A DNA stretch of 64,000 nucleotides. Origin: Candidatus Marinacidobacterales bacterium. Its GTDB lineage: Bacteria; Acidobacteriota; Vicinamibacteria; Marinacidobacterales; SMYC01. Below the pieces are notes generated by a model that searched no databases, was not told where the DNA came from, and saw nothing but the letters and a program-made list of their open reading frames with translations. Position 1 is the stretch's first letter. The number at the start of each line of letters is the position of its first letter. The stretch covers positions 640,001 to 704,000 of the forward strand of contig CBDCYI010000004.1 in assembly GCA_965224085.1 (NCBI GenBank), given 5' to 3'. The position numbers were made by a program, and so were the translations under genes. Positions 29,121-38,805 of the stretch are shown piece by piece.

Positions 29121-29583
29121 GCACAAAAGAACGAGCCGGTGCGCGTCCAGCGCTGTGATCGTGCGACGAGAGACAGGACTGCCATGTTCTGCACAATTCC
29201 GGGTCCCTTTTTTGTGAACTTCGTCGTTCCTCCCAATAGTGGTTTCTCCCCATCGTGGTGATTGTGGTCTGATGCTCCCGGATCGGTCTTTCCTGCTAGA
29301 CTTGGACCGAGATGAACTGCTTCTTGGAAGCTCGAGAGGGTCGTTTCGAGAGAACCCCAGTCCCCACGTTCGTCGCCGCGACCATCTCCGCGCTCATTCC
29401 CGGTTCGGTGCCGAGAATTACCCAACGAAAGCCCGCATGAACCTTCTCGGACGACACGGCGGCTTCACGCGCCAGCCCTATTTCCGCCTCCAGAAGGCAC
29501 GCATCCAGAAGATGCGGGAATTTCTGGACGCCATCGATTTCTCTGCTCCAGCGAAGGCTAGCAGGACGCGGGTCGTTATCTAG

Positions 29584-31155
29584 GTGCGCTCGATGTTAGG
29601 TGGAGTCATCGTTCTTGCTGCGACGTTGGCTGCGCTTGCTCCAATTGCTACGGCGGGATCCGCTACCGTCGCTCGCGTCTGGCCAATCGAGGAAGCCTCG
29701 ATTGGCGAGATCCACGATGCGATGAAGCACGGACGACTCACGGCTCGCGAGCTAGTGGAGAAGTATCTCGAGCGGATCGAAGCGTACGACAAGCAGGGCC
29801 CCTCGCTGAACGCGATCATCGCGATCAACCCGAGGGCGCTGGAGCTTGCTGACGAGCTGGATCGAAAACTTCGGGACGAAGGACTCGTCGGGCCGCTCCA
29901 CGGCATCCCGTTCATCATCAAGGACAACGTCGACACCCATGATCAGCCCACGACCAACGGGGTTCTAGCCTTGAAGGACTCTTTTCCTCCCGACGATGCG
30001 CACGTGATCCGAAAGCTGAAAGAGGCCGGGGCCATCATTCTAGCCAAGTCCAACTTGGCCGAGTTCGCTTTCGCTGGAGCGGAGACGGTCAGCTCGGTCT
30101 TACCCGGCTATTCCCGGAATCCATACGACACGCGCTATGTTACCGCCGGATCGAGTGGGGGAACGGCGGCGGCGATTGCCGCGAACTTCGCCACCGTGGG
30201 GCTCGGCACCGACACGGGAAGTTCCATCCGGGGCCCGTCGTCCCACCAAAGCTTGGTCGGAATCCGCGCTACCATGGGCCTCGTCAGTCGTGACGGCGTC
30301 ATCCCGTTGTCCTCGGCTCGCGACATGGTGGGGCCGATGGCTCGGAACGTGGAAGGTGCCGTTCGCGTCCTCGATGTTCTCGCAGGCTACGATCCGGCCG
30401 ACCCGGCAACCGCGGCGAGCCAGGGCAAGGTACCGCAGAGCTATACCCAGTTCCTGGATCCCGACAGCCTCGCGGCAGCTCGGCTCGGAGTGGCCCGCCA
30501 GTTGTTCAAGGAAGAAGACTCGGATCCAGAAATTCTTCGGGTAATGGAAAGAGCGCTTGTCGAGCTCCGATCCCTCGGCGCGACGCTTGTCGACCCGGTT
30601 CTCATCGAGGACCTGGAGGAGATCCGCGACTCGTTCGAGAGAACGAGCCGGCTGAAGTACGACTTGGATCGCTACCTCGAGAGCCTTCCGCCCGACGCAC
30701 CCTACCGGACTCTCGAAGCGATCGTCGAGTCAGAAGACTTCCACCCGCACAACGAAAAGCGGCTGAAGGATGCCCTCGCGATCGAAGGCCCGCCGGAAGA
30801 CAATCCGAAGCACCAGCACAACTTGGAAGTAGCCGAGCGGCTCCGAGCTGCCGTGGTGCGCGCGTTCGACGAGAGCCGGATCGACGCTCTCGTCTATCCC
30901 ACGTTCAAGTACGCGCCTCGTCTCATCGGAGATCTGAACACACCGTACGGTTCCAACAGCAGCGTCTTGGCTCCGCCCATCGGCTTCCCTGCGATCACCG
31001 TCCCGATGGGATTCACGTATGGCCGTCTCCCTGCCGGGCTTCAGTTCATGGGGCGCCCGTTCAGTGAGCCGACGTTGATACGGTTTAGCTACAGCTACGA
31101 GCAGGCGACGTTGCATAGGCGACCGCCGCCTACGACGCCGCAGTTGATCAGGTAA
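29584..31155 (+). CDS. Amidase signature family protein, secreted
   Basis: GPLHGIPFIIKDN, GSSGG, GTDTGSSIRGPS. Confidence 0.9.
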   Translation: MRSMLGGVIVLAATLAALAPIATAGSATVARVWPIEEASIGEIHDAMKHGRLTARELVEKYLERIEAYDKQGPSLNAIIAINPRALELADELDRKLRDEGLVGPLHGIPFIIKDNVDTHDQPTTNGVLALKDSFPPDDAHVIRKLKEAGAIILAKSNLAEFAFAGAETVSSVLPGYSRNPYDTRYVTAGSSGGTAAAIAANFATVGLGTDTGSSIRGPSSHQSLVGIRATMGLVSRDGVIPLSSARDMVGPMARNVEGAVRVLDVLAGYDPADPATAASQGKVPQSYTQFLDPDSLAAARLGVARQLFKEEDSDPEILRVMERALVELRSLGATLVDPVLIEDLEEIRDSFERTSRLKYDLDRYLESLPPDAPYRTLEAIVESEDFHPHNEKRLKDALAIEGPPEDNPKHQHNLEVAERLRAAVVRAFDESRIDALVYPTFKYAPRLIGDLNTPYGSNSSVLAPPIGFPAITVPMGFTYGRLPAGLQFMGRPFSEPTLIRFSYSYEQATLHRRPPPTTPQLIR

Positions 31156-31287
31156 TCGGCGGCGACACTCCGAGACCCGTTCGTGCGTGCGTTTATCATG
31201 GGTTCATCGCATCGCGAGTAAAGTTTCGAGTGCTGTCGTGGCTCGTCGTGACCGCGGGCTCGGAAGTGCAATCAGGGAGGCGTAAGC

Positions 31288-32769
31288 ATGGGCGTGACAC
31301 GGAAGGAGTTTCTGTCGAGGTCGGCGAGCGTGGCGGGTGGAGCTGCCTCGGCCTGGATGGCCCGCAACCTATTGGCAGGAGGACTGCAGCAGGCCGGCGC
31401 CGGTTCGGCGACCATCGAGCGCGCACACCGCTACCTCGAAGAAAACCGCGCGAAACACATCGCCGCCTTGCAGTCCGATCTTCGACAGCCTTCCCTCGAT
31501 GCGACCGGTAGCCGAGCGATGGCGGATCGCATCGTCGAAGAACTCCGAAGACTGGGTTGTCAGGAGGCGGAGCGAGTCAACGACGCGGGCATCTGGGCCT
31601 ATTACGATGCCGGGGCCACCCGCACCATCGTGGTGCACCTCTACTATTCGACGTCACCGTTTGTGGAAGAGGAATGGTCGTTCGCCCCGCTGGCGGCGAC
31701 CCGGACCGCGTTCGAGGGGTTCGACGACGTCGTTGTTGGGCGGGGAGCGCTGGCCGCGAAAGGGCCGAATCGCTTGTTCCTCAATGCCTGCGAGGCTATC
31801 CGCGCCGTCACCGGGAATCTACCTGTGAACGTGATGTTCGTTGGAAATGGAGAGAACCTTGGAGCGGTCTTGGAGAAGTATCGAGCCCGCCTGGCCACGG
31901 CCGATTGCCTCTTGAATCCCGCCCTCGCGCAGGGGCCAGACGGCGAGGTCACCACCTACCTGGGTTACAAGGGAATGGTCACGCTTGAGTTCGTTTGCTC
32001 TGGCCGCACGTGGGGGAAGGGGCCGCAGCGCCGCCCGCTCTATACGAGCCGAGCGACGGTCCTGGACAGCCCCGTCTGGCGTCTCATCGACGCGTTGCGC
32101 TCGATGTACGACCCGGATACCAATCGAATTCTGATCGATGGCTATTACGACGCCATTCGAGAACCGAACGACGAAGAGCGCCGGTTGTTGCAGGTGATCG
32201 GAACGAACATGAAGCATCGGATTCTTGCCTACGAGCGGGACAACATCGAGGCTTTCCGGGATGACTGGACGCCGGAGATCGCGGCCCATCATCTGATGTT
32301 CGACACCACGTTCAACGTCGCGGGCGTTATAGCACCGGCTGCCCTTCCTCACCGAGCGTCCGCCCGTGTCGACAGCCGCCTCGTGCCGGATCAAGAGCCC
32401 TCGAAGCAGATCGAGCTCGTGCGAGATCATCTAGCAAGAAAAGGATTCGGAGATATCGAGCTCGACGTGCTCGGCGGCTACACCTGGTCTCAGAACAGCG
32501 TCACGAGTCGCCCCGTTCAGGCGGTGCTCTCCGTCTACCGCCAGCGTGGATACGAGCCACTCGTCTGGCCCCGCTATCCCGGCTCACACAACGAGCATCT
32601 TTTCACCCGTGAGCTCGGCCTACCCGCCGCGCGTGGTGGCCTCGGGCATGGCGGAAACGATCACGCTCCGGACGAGTACATCGTGGTCGGCCGGCAGGGG
32701 CGGGTGGCCGGCGTCGTCGAAGCCGAAGCATCGATGGCCGAAATCCTCGTGACCTATGCAGCTTTATAG
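31288..32769 (+). CDS. M20/M25/M40-fold protein with Tat-like signal and degenerate metal site
   Basis: TRKEFL signal. LGYKG, RILIDGYYD, DSRLVPDQ and HAPDEY are retained; the usual HxD, DxKG and EE motifs are altered. Confidence 0.8.
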   Translation: MGVTRKEFLSRSASVAGGAASAWMARNLLAGGLQQAGAGSATIERAHRYLEENRAKHIAALQSDLRQPSLDATGSRAMADRIVEELRRLGCQEAERVNDAGIWAYYDAGATRTIVVHLYYSTSPFVEEEWSFAPLAATRTAFEGFDDVVVGRGALAAKGPNRLFLNACEAIRAVTGNLPVNVMFVGNGENLGAVLEKYRARLATADCLLNPALAQGPDGEVTTYLGYKGMVTLEFVCSGRTWGKGPQRRPLYTSRATVLDSPVWRLIDALRSMYDPDTNRILIDGYYDAIREPNDEERRLLQVIGTNMKHRILAYERDNIEAFRDDWTPEIAAHHLMFDTTFNVAGVIAPAALPHRASARVDSRLVPDQEPSKQIELVRDHLARKGFGDIELDVLGGYTWSQNSVTSRPVQAVLSVYRQRGYEPLVWPRYPGSHNEHLFTRELGLPAARGGLGHGGNDHAPDEYIVVGRQGRVAGVVEAEASMAEILVTYAAL

Positions 32770-32801
32770 AGCAACGCGCAGCTTTGCCAGTTTGGCGTTG
32801 A

Positions 32802-32899
32802 GAGGTGACGTCACCTCGTTCAAGCTGGAGAATTCGCAGTGCAACGCCCCGGGTAGGCTTTGAAATTTCCTATACTTATACTTCCTATACTTTATACTT
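32802..32899 (+). mobile_element. IS91/ISCR-like oriIS mini-element, copy C, with reiterated end
   Basis: 32802-32877 matches the reverse complement of 27019-27094 at 75/76 nt. Followed by ATACTT CCTATACTT TATACTT. Confidence 0.8.
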
Positions 32900-32932
32900 C
32901 GCTCGTCTAGCGCGAATCGAATCGAACCTTAG

Positions 32933-33471
32933 TGTCTCTTCCGGGGATGGTCGAAACCCCTCGCCTTTAGGCGAAGAGAAGATCGTGGTATTGTGGTCGC
33001 GTGCGTCACTACAGGCACGGAGCGCACACGAAAACGGACCTAAAAGCGCACATCGTTTGGATACCGAAATATCGTAAAAAGGTTTTGATCGGTCCAGTAG
33101 CGGTTCGTGTGCGCGATCTGATTCGTCAGATCGCGATGGAACATGAGCTGCACATAATCTCGGGTAAGGTTGCACGCGACCACGTCCACGTGTTCGTATC
33201 CTACCGACCACACCAGGACCTGAGTACGATCGTGCAGTGGCTAAAAGGAATAAGCTCCCGAGTACTCCTTCAGGAGTTTGCTCACCTGAGGAAGAAGTTT
33301 TGGGGCCGGCACTTCTGGGCCCGAGGATATCTGGCGGTGAGTTCAGGAAGCATAACGGACGAGATGGTAAAGGAGTACATAGACTCCCAGGATGGCGAGC
33401 CTCTTCACGACGACAGTCAATTTCCAATTGACAGCCCTTGAAGCCACCGCCTTCTAGGCGGTGGTTGTTCA
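32933..33471 (+). mobile_element. IS200/IS605-family element (tnpA only)
   Basis: TTAG 5' of the left end, subterminal hairpins CTCGCCTTTAGGCGAAG and CCACCGCCTTCTAGGCGGTGG, ends near TTCA. No tnpB. Confidence 0.85.
33001..33441 (+). CDS. tnpA: Y1 HUH transposase TnpA
   Basis: HIVWIPKYR, DHVH, LKGISSR, FWARGY, EYIDSQ. Confidence 0.95.
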   Translation: MRHYRHGAHTKTDLKAHIVWIPKYRKKVLIGPVAVRVRDLIRQIAMEHELHIISGKVARDHVHVFVSYRPHQDLSTIVQWLKGISSRVLLQEFAHLRKKFWGRHFWARGYLAVSSGSITDEMVKEYIDSQDGEPLHDDSQFPIDSP

Positions 33472-33476
33472 CTGGC

Positions 33477-34686
33477 TCAAAAATGCAACGACCAGTTGAG
33501 CTGGATGTATCCATCCTTCCTAATCCCGTATAGAAACAGGTCTTCGCGAGGCACGCCGACGAAATCTCTCGCTTCGACTTCTAGTGTCCAGCTCGAGCCG
33601 ATGCGTCGGCTCGCCTCGACGTTGATGAAGCTCGCACCAGTCTCGCGGTCGACGCTCGCGCCGGCGAGAATCTCGGTGCTTTGCACGTCGTTGAAAGCGA
33701 AGCGCGCGCCGACGAACACGTCGTCGTCCAACGGTGTCAGTGCTAGTTTGCCGCGTTCGTCAAAGGAGTACTCGGTGAGGACGCCGAGGTCGAGACCGGA
33801 GCTCTTGAGGTTTCCAAACGTGTACTCGAAACCGCCGGTGAACGCGTAATAGCGATCACCTTGTCCGAATCGGTTGATGGCCTCGAGCTTCCATAGCCAA
33901 CCTCCGTGGGTCATCTGAAGATCGAGCCCGGTCTGATCGATGAGATCGTATATCGGCACGAGCCCCGCGTCTCCAGTGTTCGGGTCGGGGAGGAAGCGAG
34001 GGTCGCGGCTCGTCCCGTGGAAGTGGGAGACGCCGAGATCCCACGCGCCGAACGCGTGGGACCACCGCGCCGCCCAGTCGACATGGCTCCGGCCGCTCTC
34101 GGATTCGTAAATCGGGTTTTCGGTGTCGAGAGGAAAACCGATTCCTGGCCGGCTGTCGCTTCCGAAAAAGCGCCGCTCGCGAAAGCCGAGCAACGCGAAA
34201 ACGTCGAACGTGCCGAAAGAGCGAATGATCGCCAAGTTGACCATCGGCTGGCCGAGCTTCGTCTCACTGTCGATATTCTCGTTCAAGTCGGTCTGGTTGA
34301 TGATGTCGACGAGATGTCTCGACTCGGTCACACCCCGAAACACTCTGCGAACGCCGGCGCGCACTTCGAACGCGCGAGCGCTCCACTGCCACGTGAGCTC
34401 GCGGACGTCCCAGTCGGTGCGCTCGGGGTCGTTTTGATCCAAACGGCCGAACGCCGACCAACAGGAACGACTGTCGCCCTTCGCTCCACTCCTGATACCA
34501 CTCGGGCTCGAACGCGAGCGACAGATTGCCGCCGTAGGAGTCTTCGCCGAGTGCACTTCGCGGAAAAATGCGGCCCTCGAACGACAACTTCCCGTTCCAC
34601 TCGCCCGCCTCGGGCGCTGCGCCGAAAAACGTCGTCGCGAGCAGCAATAACGTCCCCAAGCGAGCGCTCAATCCGAAGCGGTTCAC
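33477..34686 (-). CDS. Putative outer-membrane beta-barrel protein; frameshift near 34455
   Basis: Signal peptide, ESRHLVDIINQTD, KLGQPM, C-terminal aromatic residue. Typical neighbour of MMPL/LolA-like genes. Confidence 0.65.
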
Positions 34687-34690
34687 GGTC

Positions 34691-35365
34691 TTACCTCGCG
34701 CGTTTGAGACTGTTCCGATCGAAGTCGCGATAGGAGAGGCCGGTACCGAGCTCGTATTGGTCCCAAGTCAAAAGCGTGCTCTTGCCGGTCTGACGGTTCT
34801 CCATGAACAGCGCGTGAGCCCGCCAGTACCCGCCGCCGTATTGCTCGTACCCGGAGTAAGTGAGCGTTTTCAGAAGCTCGTCTTTTCTGTCGTAGAACTC
34901 GATCTTCTCCGGACGGTACTCGTTTTTGTCGTACCAAACGATTTGACGAGTGTAGCCGGAATCTTTGTCGACAGGAACGCGCTCGACGACAAAACAGTCC
35001 CGCTCGTTCGCTGCCTCGTCGCGCAAATAGCGATACGTGTATTTGTCCACTTCCTGCGACGCGAGGTCTTCGTAGGAGAACTCGCTCCCCATGAACGGAC
35101 CCGACTTGTTGTTGGACGCGATGCGCTTCACTCGTTTCAGCGCGGGGAGGTAGAGCCATTGGTCGTCGGGGCCGGTGCGGTGGGTGTAGGTTAAAAACGC
35201 GGTGCCTTTGACGTCCCGTGGTCGGTCGAAGATCACGAGCAGCTTGTCGCCGTTGTCGTTGAGCGTGTTGAGGGGGAGGAGAGCCGTCAGCAGCACTGCA
35301 GCCAACCCGCCGACCCAAAGAAGCGGGCGCCGGTGCGAAACGACGAAATCCGCGACTTTGTCCAT
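34691..35365 (-). pseudogene. LolA-like outer-membrane lipoprotein-sorting domain fused in frame to an MMPL/RND transmembrane fragment
   Basis: MDKVADFVVSHRRPLLW...NTLND joined to GDKLLVIFDRPRDVKGTAFL...DDQWLYLPALKRVKRI...FMGSEFSYED. Confidence 0.7.
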
Positions 35366-35389
35366 GGCGTTCGCCGCCGAGGTCGGTGC

Positions 35390-36704
35390 GGTCCTCGCGA
35401 TTGGCAAGCTCCAAGCTCCCGCCATGGGCTTCCGCGATTTGACGGCTCAGCACGAGACCGATTCCGCTCCCCGAAACTTTGGTCGTGAAGAAAGGCACGA
35501 ATAAGTTCGCCGTATTCGAAAGCCCCGGTCCTTCATCTTCGATAAAGACCTCGAGATTCTCGTCGTTCACCGCCCAGCGCACCCGCACGCGGCCTTTGGT
35601 CTCCTCCGCCGCGTCCGCGGCGTTGCGCAACAGATTAATGAGCAGCTGCTCGAGCTGGTCGCCGTCGGCTTGAATCCGGATGGGTGGCCCCGCTTCAATC
35701 TCGACCGGATAGCTCGTTTGGAGTGCCGAAACACGCCTGACGAGCGTATCGACATCCACGGGTTGAAACGTCGGCTCGGGAAGGCGCGCGAGACGAGCAT
35801 AGGCGCTCATGAAGCGGCTCAACGCTTCGCTGCGCTCGCCGATGACGGCGAGCCCGCGCTTCATGTCGACTTTCCAATCATCGCCTTGGTCTCGATCGAG
35901 CAAATGAGCCAGTGTTCCCGCCATCGATTTGATAGGTGCCAGCGAGTTGTTGAGCTCGTGGCCGATGACACGGATGAGCCGCCGCCAGGCTTGCCGCTCC
36001 TCCTCTCGAAGCGCTTGGCTCAGGTCGGTGAGGACGACGATATGGTGGGGTCTTCCCTCCTCGCGAAAGCTGCCACGACGCATACCCCATCGGCCTGTTT
36101 TTCCTGGAAACGTTTTCTGAAACGTGCGATCGCTCGCGCCGCTCAGCGCTTCGAGCAGCCCGAGCTCGGATGCTTTGCGTCCGAGGAGTCGTTCTTCGGG
36201 CTGCGAGAGCAGGCGCTCGCCGGCCCGATTGACGAGTTTCAGCTCTTCTTCATCGTTGAACGTGAACAGCGCGACGTCGATCTCTGCCATGACCGTGCGC
36301 AGAAGGTTCGTGGCCTCGAGCGCGCCGAGGCGCTGGTCATGGAGCGTTTCGCCGAGCACGTTCGCCTCGAGCATGACTTGACCGAGCGCTTCATCCGTGT
36401 TCGCACCACGCGCCCGAATCGAATAGTCGCCTTCTCGAAGTGCGGCGAGCAGGTTCGAGAGTGTTTGCAGCGGGGTCACGACGCGCTCCCGCACTGCGAA
36501 CGAGAACCCGAGCCAGCCACCGAGAATGAACAGACCCAGTGTCCACTGCACTTTGGCGGTGTAGTCTCCCCCCCAGATGAGAATCATGGAAACGACCACA
36601 CCAGGGAGCCCCGCAGCGAGCGCCAGAAGAAGAACGTGGGTGTCGTGACTCAAGGCTCGCCGGCGGGAGACGAGAGTGAGAGAAGCGGGAGGATCTTCGC
36701 CCAC
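35390..36704 (-). pseudogene. PAS sensor histidine kinase lacking its last strand and stop (reads through to 34683)
   Basis: GHELNNSL, NLLRNA, DEGPG, PFFTTK, GSGIGL, AHGGSLELANRED, then unrelated sequence. Confidence 0.8.
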
Positions 36705-36708
36705 GGCG

Positions 36709-38070
36709 CTACAGCCGGTACCGCTCTAGCCGGCGATAGAGAGCGCTGCGGCTCAGCCCGAGCGCTTTGGAAGCGTGACTCACATTTCCGTTGTAACGCG
36801 CGAGCGCTTTTTGAATCAAGAGACGCTCGACGTCTTCGAGGTTCATATCCTCGAGCGTTCCCACACCGTCTTCGGATACGGCGCGAAGCCCGAGGTCGGA
36901 GACACGGATCATCTTCCCTTTCGCCATCAAAACGGCGCGCTCGGTCGCATGATCCAGCTCACGGATATTACCCGGCCAGGAGAACTCGGCGAGCGCATGA
37001 CGGGCTTTGTCTTCGAAGCCAACGACGTTCTTGCGATAGTGGCGCGCATGTTGGCGTAAGAACGTCATCGCGAGCGGCTCGATATCGGCCCGACGCTCCC
37101 TGAGCGGCGGTAAATGGAGCTCGATCGTGTTCAGCCGAAAAAGCAAATCCTGGCGGAACCGTCCCTCCGAGACTTCTTGTGCCAGGTCGGAATTCGTCGC
37201 AGACAGAATGCGCACATGCGCCTGTTTCGTTTTCGACGAGCCGACGCGCTCGAACTCTCCCGTTTCCAGAACACGCAGAAGTTTCCGCTGCTGGCTATGG
37301 GGGATGTTCGCGATTTCGTCGAGAAAGAGCGTGCCGCCATCGGCGAGCTCGAAGCGCCCGACCCGGTCGGTCTTCGCATCGGTGTAGGCGCCTTTCACAT
37401 GACCGAAGAGCTCGCTCTCGAAAACACCTTCGGACAGACCGCCGACGTTCACCGTGACCATCGGCCGACCGGCGCGCGAGGACACCGCGTGCATCGTGCG
37501 CGCCACGACGCCCTTTCCCGTGCCGTTCTCACCCGTGATGAGCACGTTCGCGTCCGACGGCCCGACTCGGTGGATGAGCTCGAGGACCGGCTTCATCGCC
37601 GCCGATTCGGTCACGAGCTTCGGCGAGTCCTGCCGGAGCAGCTCGTTCTCGCGCTCGAGGCGCTCGCCGCGGCGAAGCGCACGGCCGAGCTCGATCTGCG
37701 TTCTCAGGATGCTGAGAAGCCGCGCGTTGTCCCACGGCTTTTGTACGAAATCGCGCGCGCCGTGGCGCATCGCTTCGACAGTGAGCTCGACGCTCCCCCA
37801 CGCGGTCATGACGACGACGGGAAGCGTTTCATCAACGTCTTTCAACCGCTCGAGTAGATCGAGTCCTTCTTGCCCAGAGGTCGTGTCCCGCGCATAGTTC
37901 AAATCCATCAAGAGTAGATCGAAGTCCTGTCCTTCGACGGCCTTGACGATGCCTTCGGGCGTGTCGATGGTCTCGGTACTGTAGCCTTCCGATTTGAGTA
38001 AGAGCCTCAACGCCTCGCAAACGTCGGGTTGGTTGTCAGCCACGAGAACGCGTGGGACCGCCCCTCTCAT
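36709..38070 (-). CDS. Sigma-54-dependent response regulator (REC-AAA-HTH)
   Basis: LLMDLNY, GENGTGK, ESELFGHVKGAYTDA, LGLSRSALYRRL. Confidence 0.9.
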   Translation of the reverse strand: MRGAVPRVLVADNQPDVCEALRLLLKSEGYSTETIDTPEGIVKAVEGQDFDLLLMDLNYARDTTSGQEGLDLLERLKDVDETLPVVVMTAWGSVELTVEAMRHGARDFVQKPWDNARLLSILRTQIELGRALRRGERLERENELLRQDSPKLVTESAAMKPVLELIHRVGPSDANVLITGENGTGKGVVARTMHAVSSRAGRPMVTVNVGGLSEGVFESELFGHVKGAYTDAKTDRVGRFELADGGTLFLDEIANIPHSQQRKLLRVLETGEFERVGSSKTKQAHVRILSATNSDLAQEVSEGRFRQDLLFRLNTIELHLPPLRERRADIEPLAMTFLRQHARHYRKNVVGFEDKARHALAEFSWPGNIRELDHATERAVLMAKGKMIRVSDLGLRAVSEDGVGTLEDMNLEDVERLLIQKALARYNGNVSHASKALGLSRSALYRRLERYRL

Positions 38071-38072
38071 GT

Positions 38073-38759
38073 TCAATTTCTATCGACCCAGCCGTCCTTC
38101 AACCGGATGATGCGATTTCCATAGGCCGCGTTCGTCTCCGAATGCGTCACTTGAATGATCGTCGTGCCTTCATGGTTGAGCGTTTTGAAGAGCTCCATGA
38201 TCTCCCGGCCTTGTTCGGTATGGAGATTACCGGTGGGCTCGTCCGCAAGGATCACGCTCGGCTGCATGATGACCGCACGCGCGACGCCCACGAGCTGCTG
38301 CTGGCCGCCGGACAGCTGACTCGGGTACAGATCCTTCTTGCCGACGATCGCGAAACGATCGAGCACGTCACCAACCATCGCCTGGCGCTCCGAGCGCCGG
38401 ATGTTGCGATACGAGAGCGGGATTTCGAGGTTCTCATATACGGTGAGGTTGTCGAGCAAGTGATAAGCCTGAAAGACGAAGCCGATGAATTGCTTGTGCA
38501 GCTCGTTGCGATGTTTGACCTTCATGTCGTGGACGGAGTGGTCTTGAAAGTAATATTCACCGCCCCATTCACCATCGAGCATCCCGAGAATATGAAGAAG
38601 CGTGGATTTGCCCGCACCGGAGGGCCCCATGATGGTGACGAAATCACCTTCTTCGAAGTCGAGCGTGATTTGCCGAAGCACATAAGTGCGCCCCGCACGG
38701 GATTCGTAGAACTTTTCGAGATTATTCAGCCGGATCAGCGGCTCTCCGTTTTCACTCAC
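38073..38759 (-). CDS. ABC transporter ATP-binding protein (MacB/LolD-like)
   Basis: GPSGAGKST, LSGGQQQ, ILADEPTGNL. Confidence 0.92.
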   Translation of the reverse strand: MSENGEPLIRLNNLEKFYESRAGRTYVLRQITLDFEEGDFVTIMGPSGAGKSTLLHILGMLDGEWGGEYYFQDHSVHDMKVKHRNELHKQFIGFVFQAYHLLDNLTVYENLEIPLSYRNIRRSERQAMVGDVLDRFAIVGKKDLYPSQLSGGQQQLVGVARAVIMQPSVILADEPTGNLHTEQGREIMELFKTLNHEGTTIIQVTHSETNAAYGNRIIRLKDGWVDRN

Positions 38760-38805
38760 TTGCTTGGACCCCTGTTCATTCTGTTCGTTTTGCTATGAGT
38801 CAAGA

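Noticed and set aside
3732-32877. Palindromic repeat as a CRISPR repeat or integron attC
   Set aside because: Copies are kilobases apart with no spacer array, cas genes or integrase, and they lack RYYYAAC/GTTRRRY ends.
32933-33471. RNA-guided TnpB/IscB system
   Set aside because: The element ends right after tnpA, and no RuvC/HNH ORF is nearby.
34683-35389. Novel C-terminal domain on the 673-aa kinase
   Set aside because: It is out-of-frame read-through across the LolA-like gene after a deletion.
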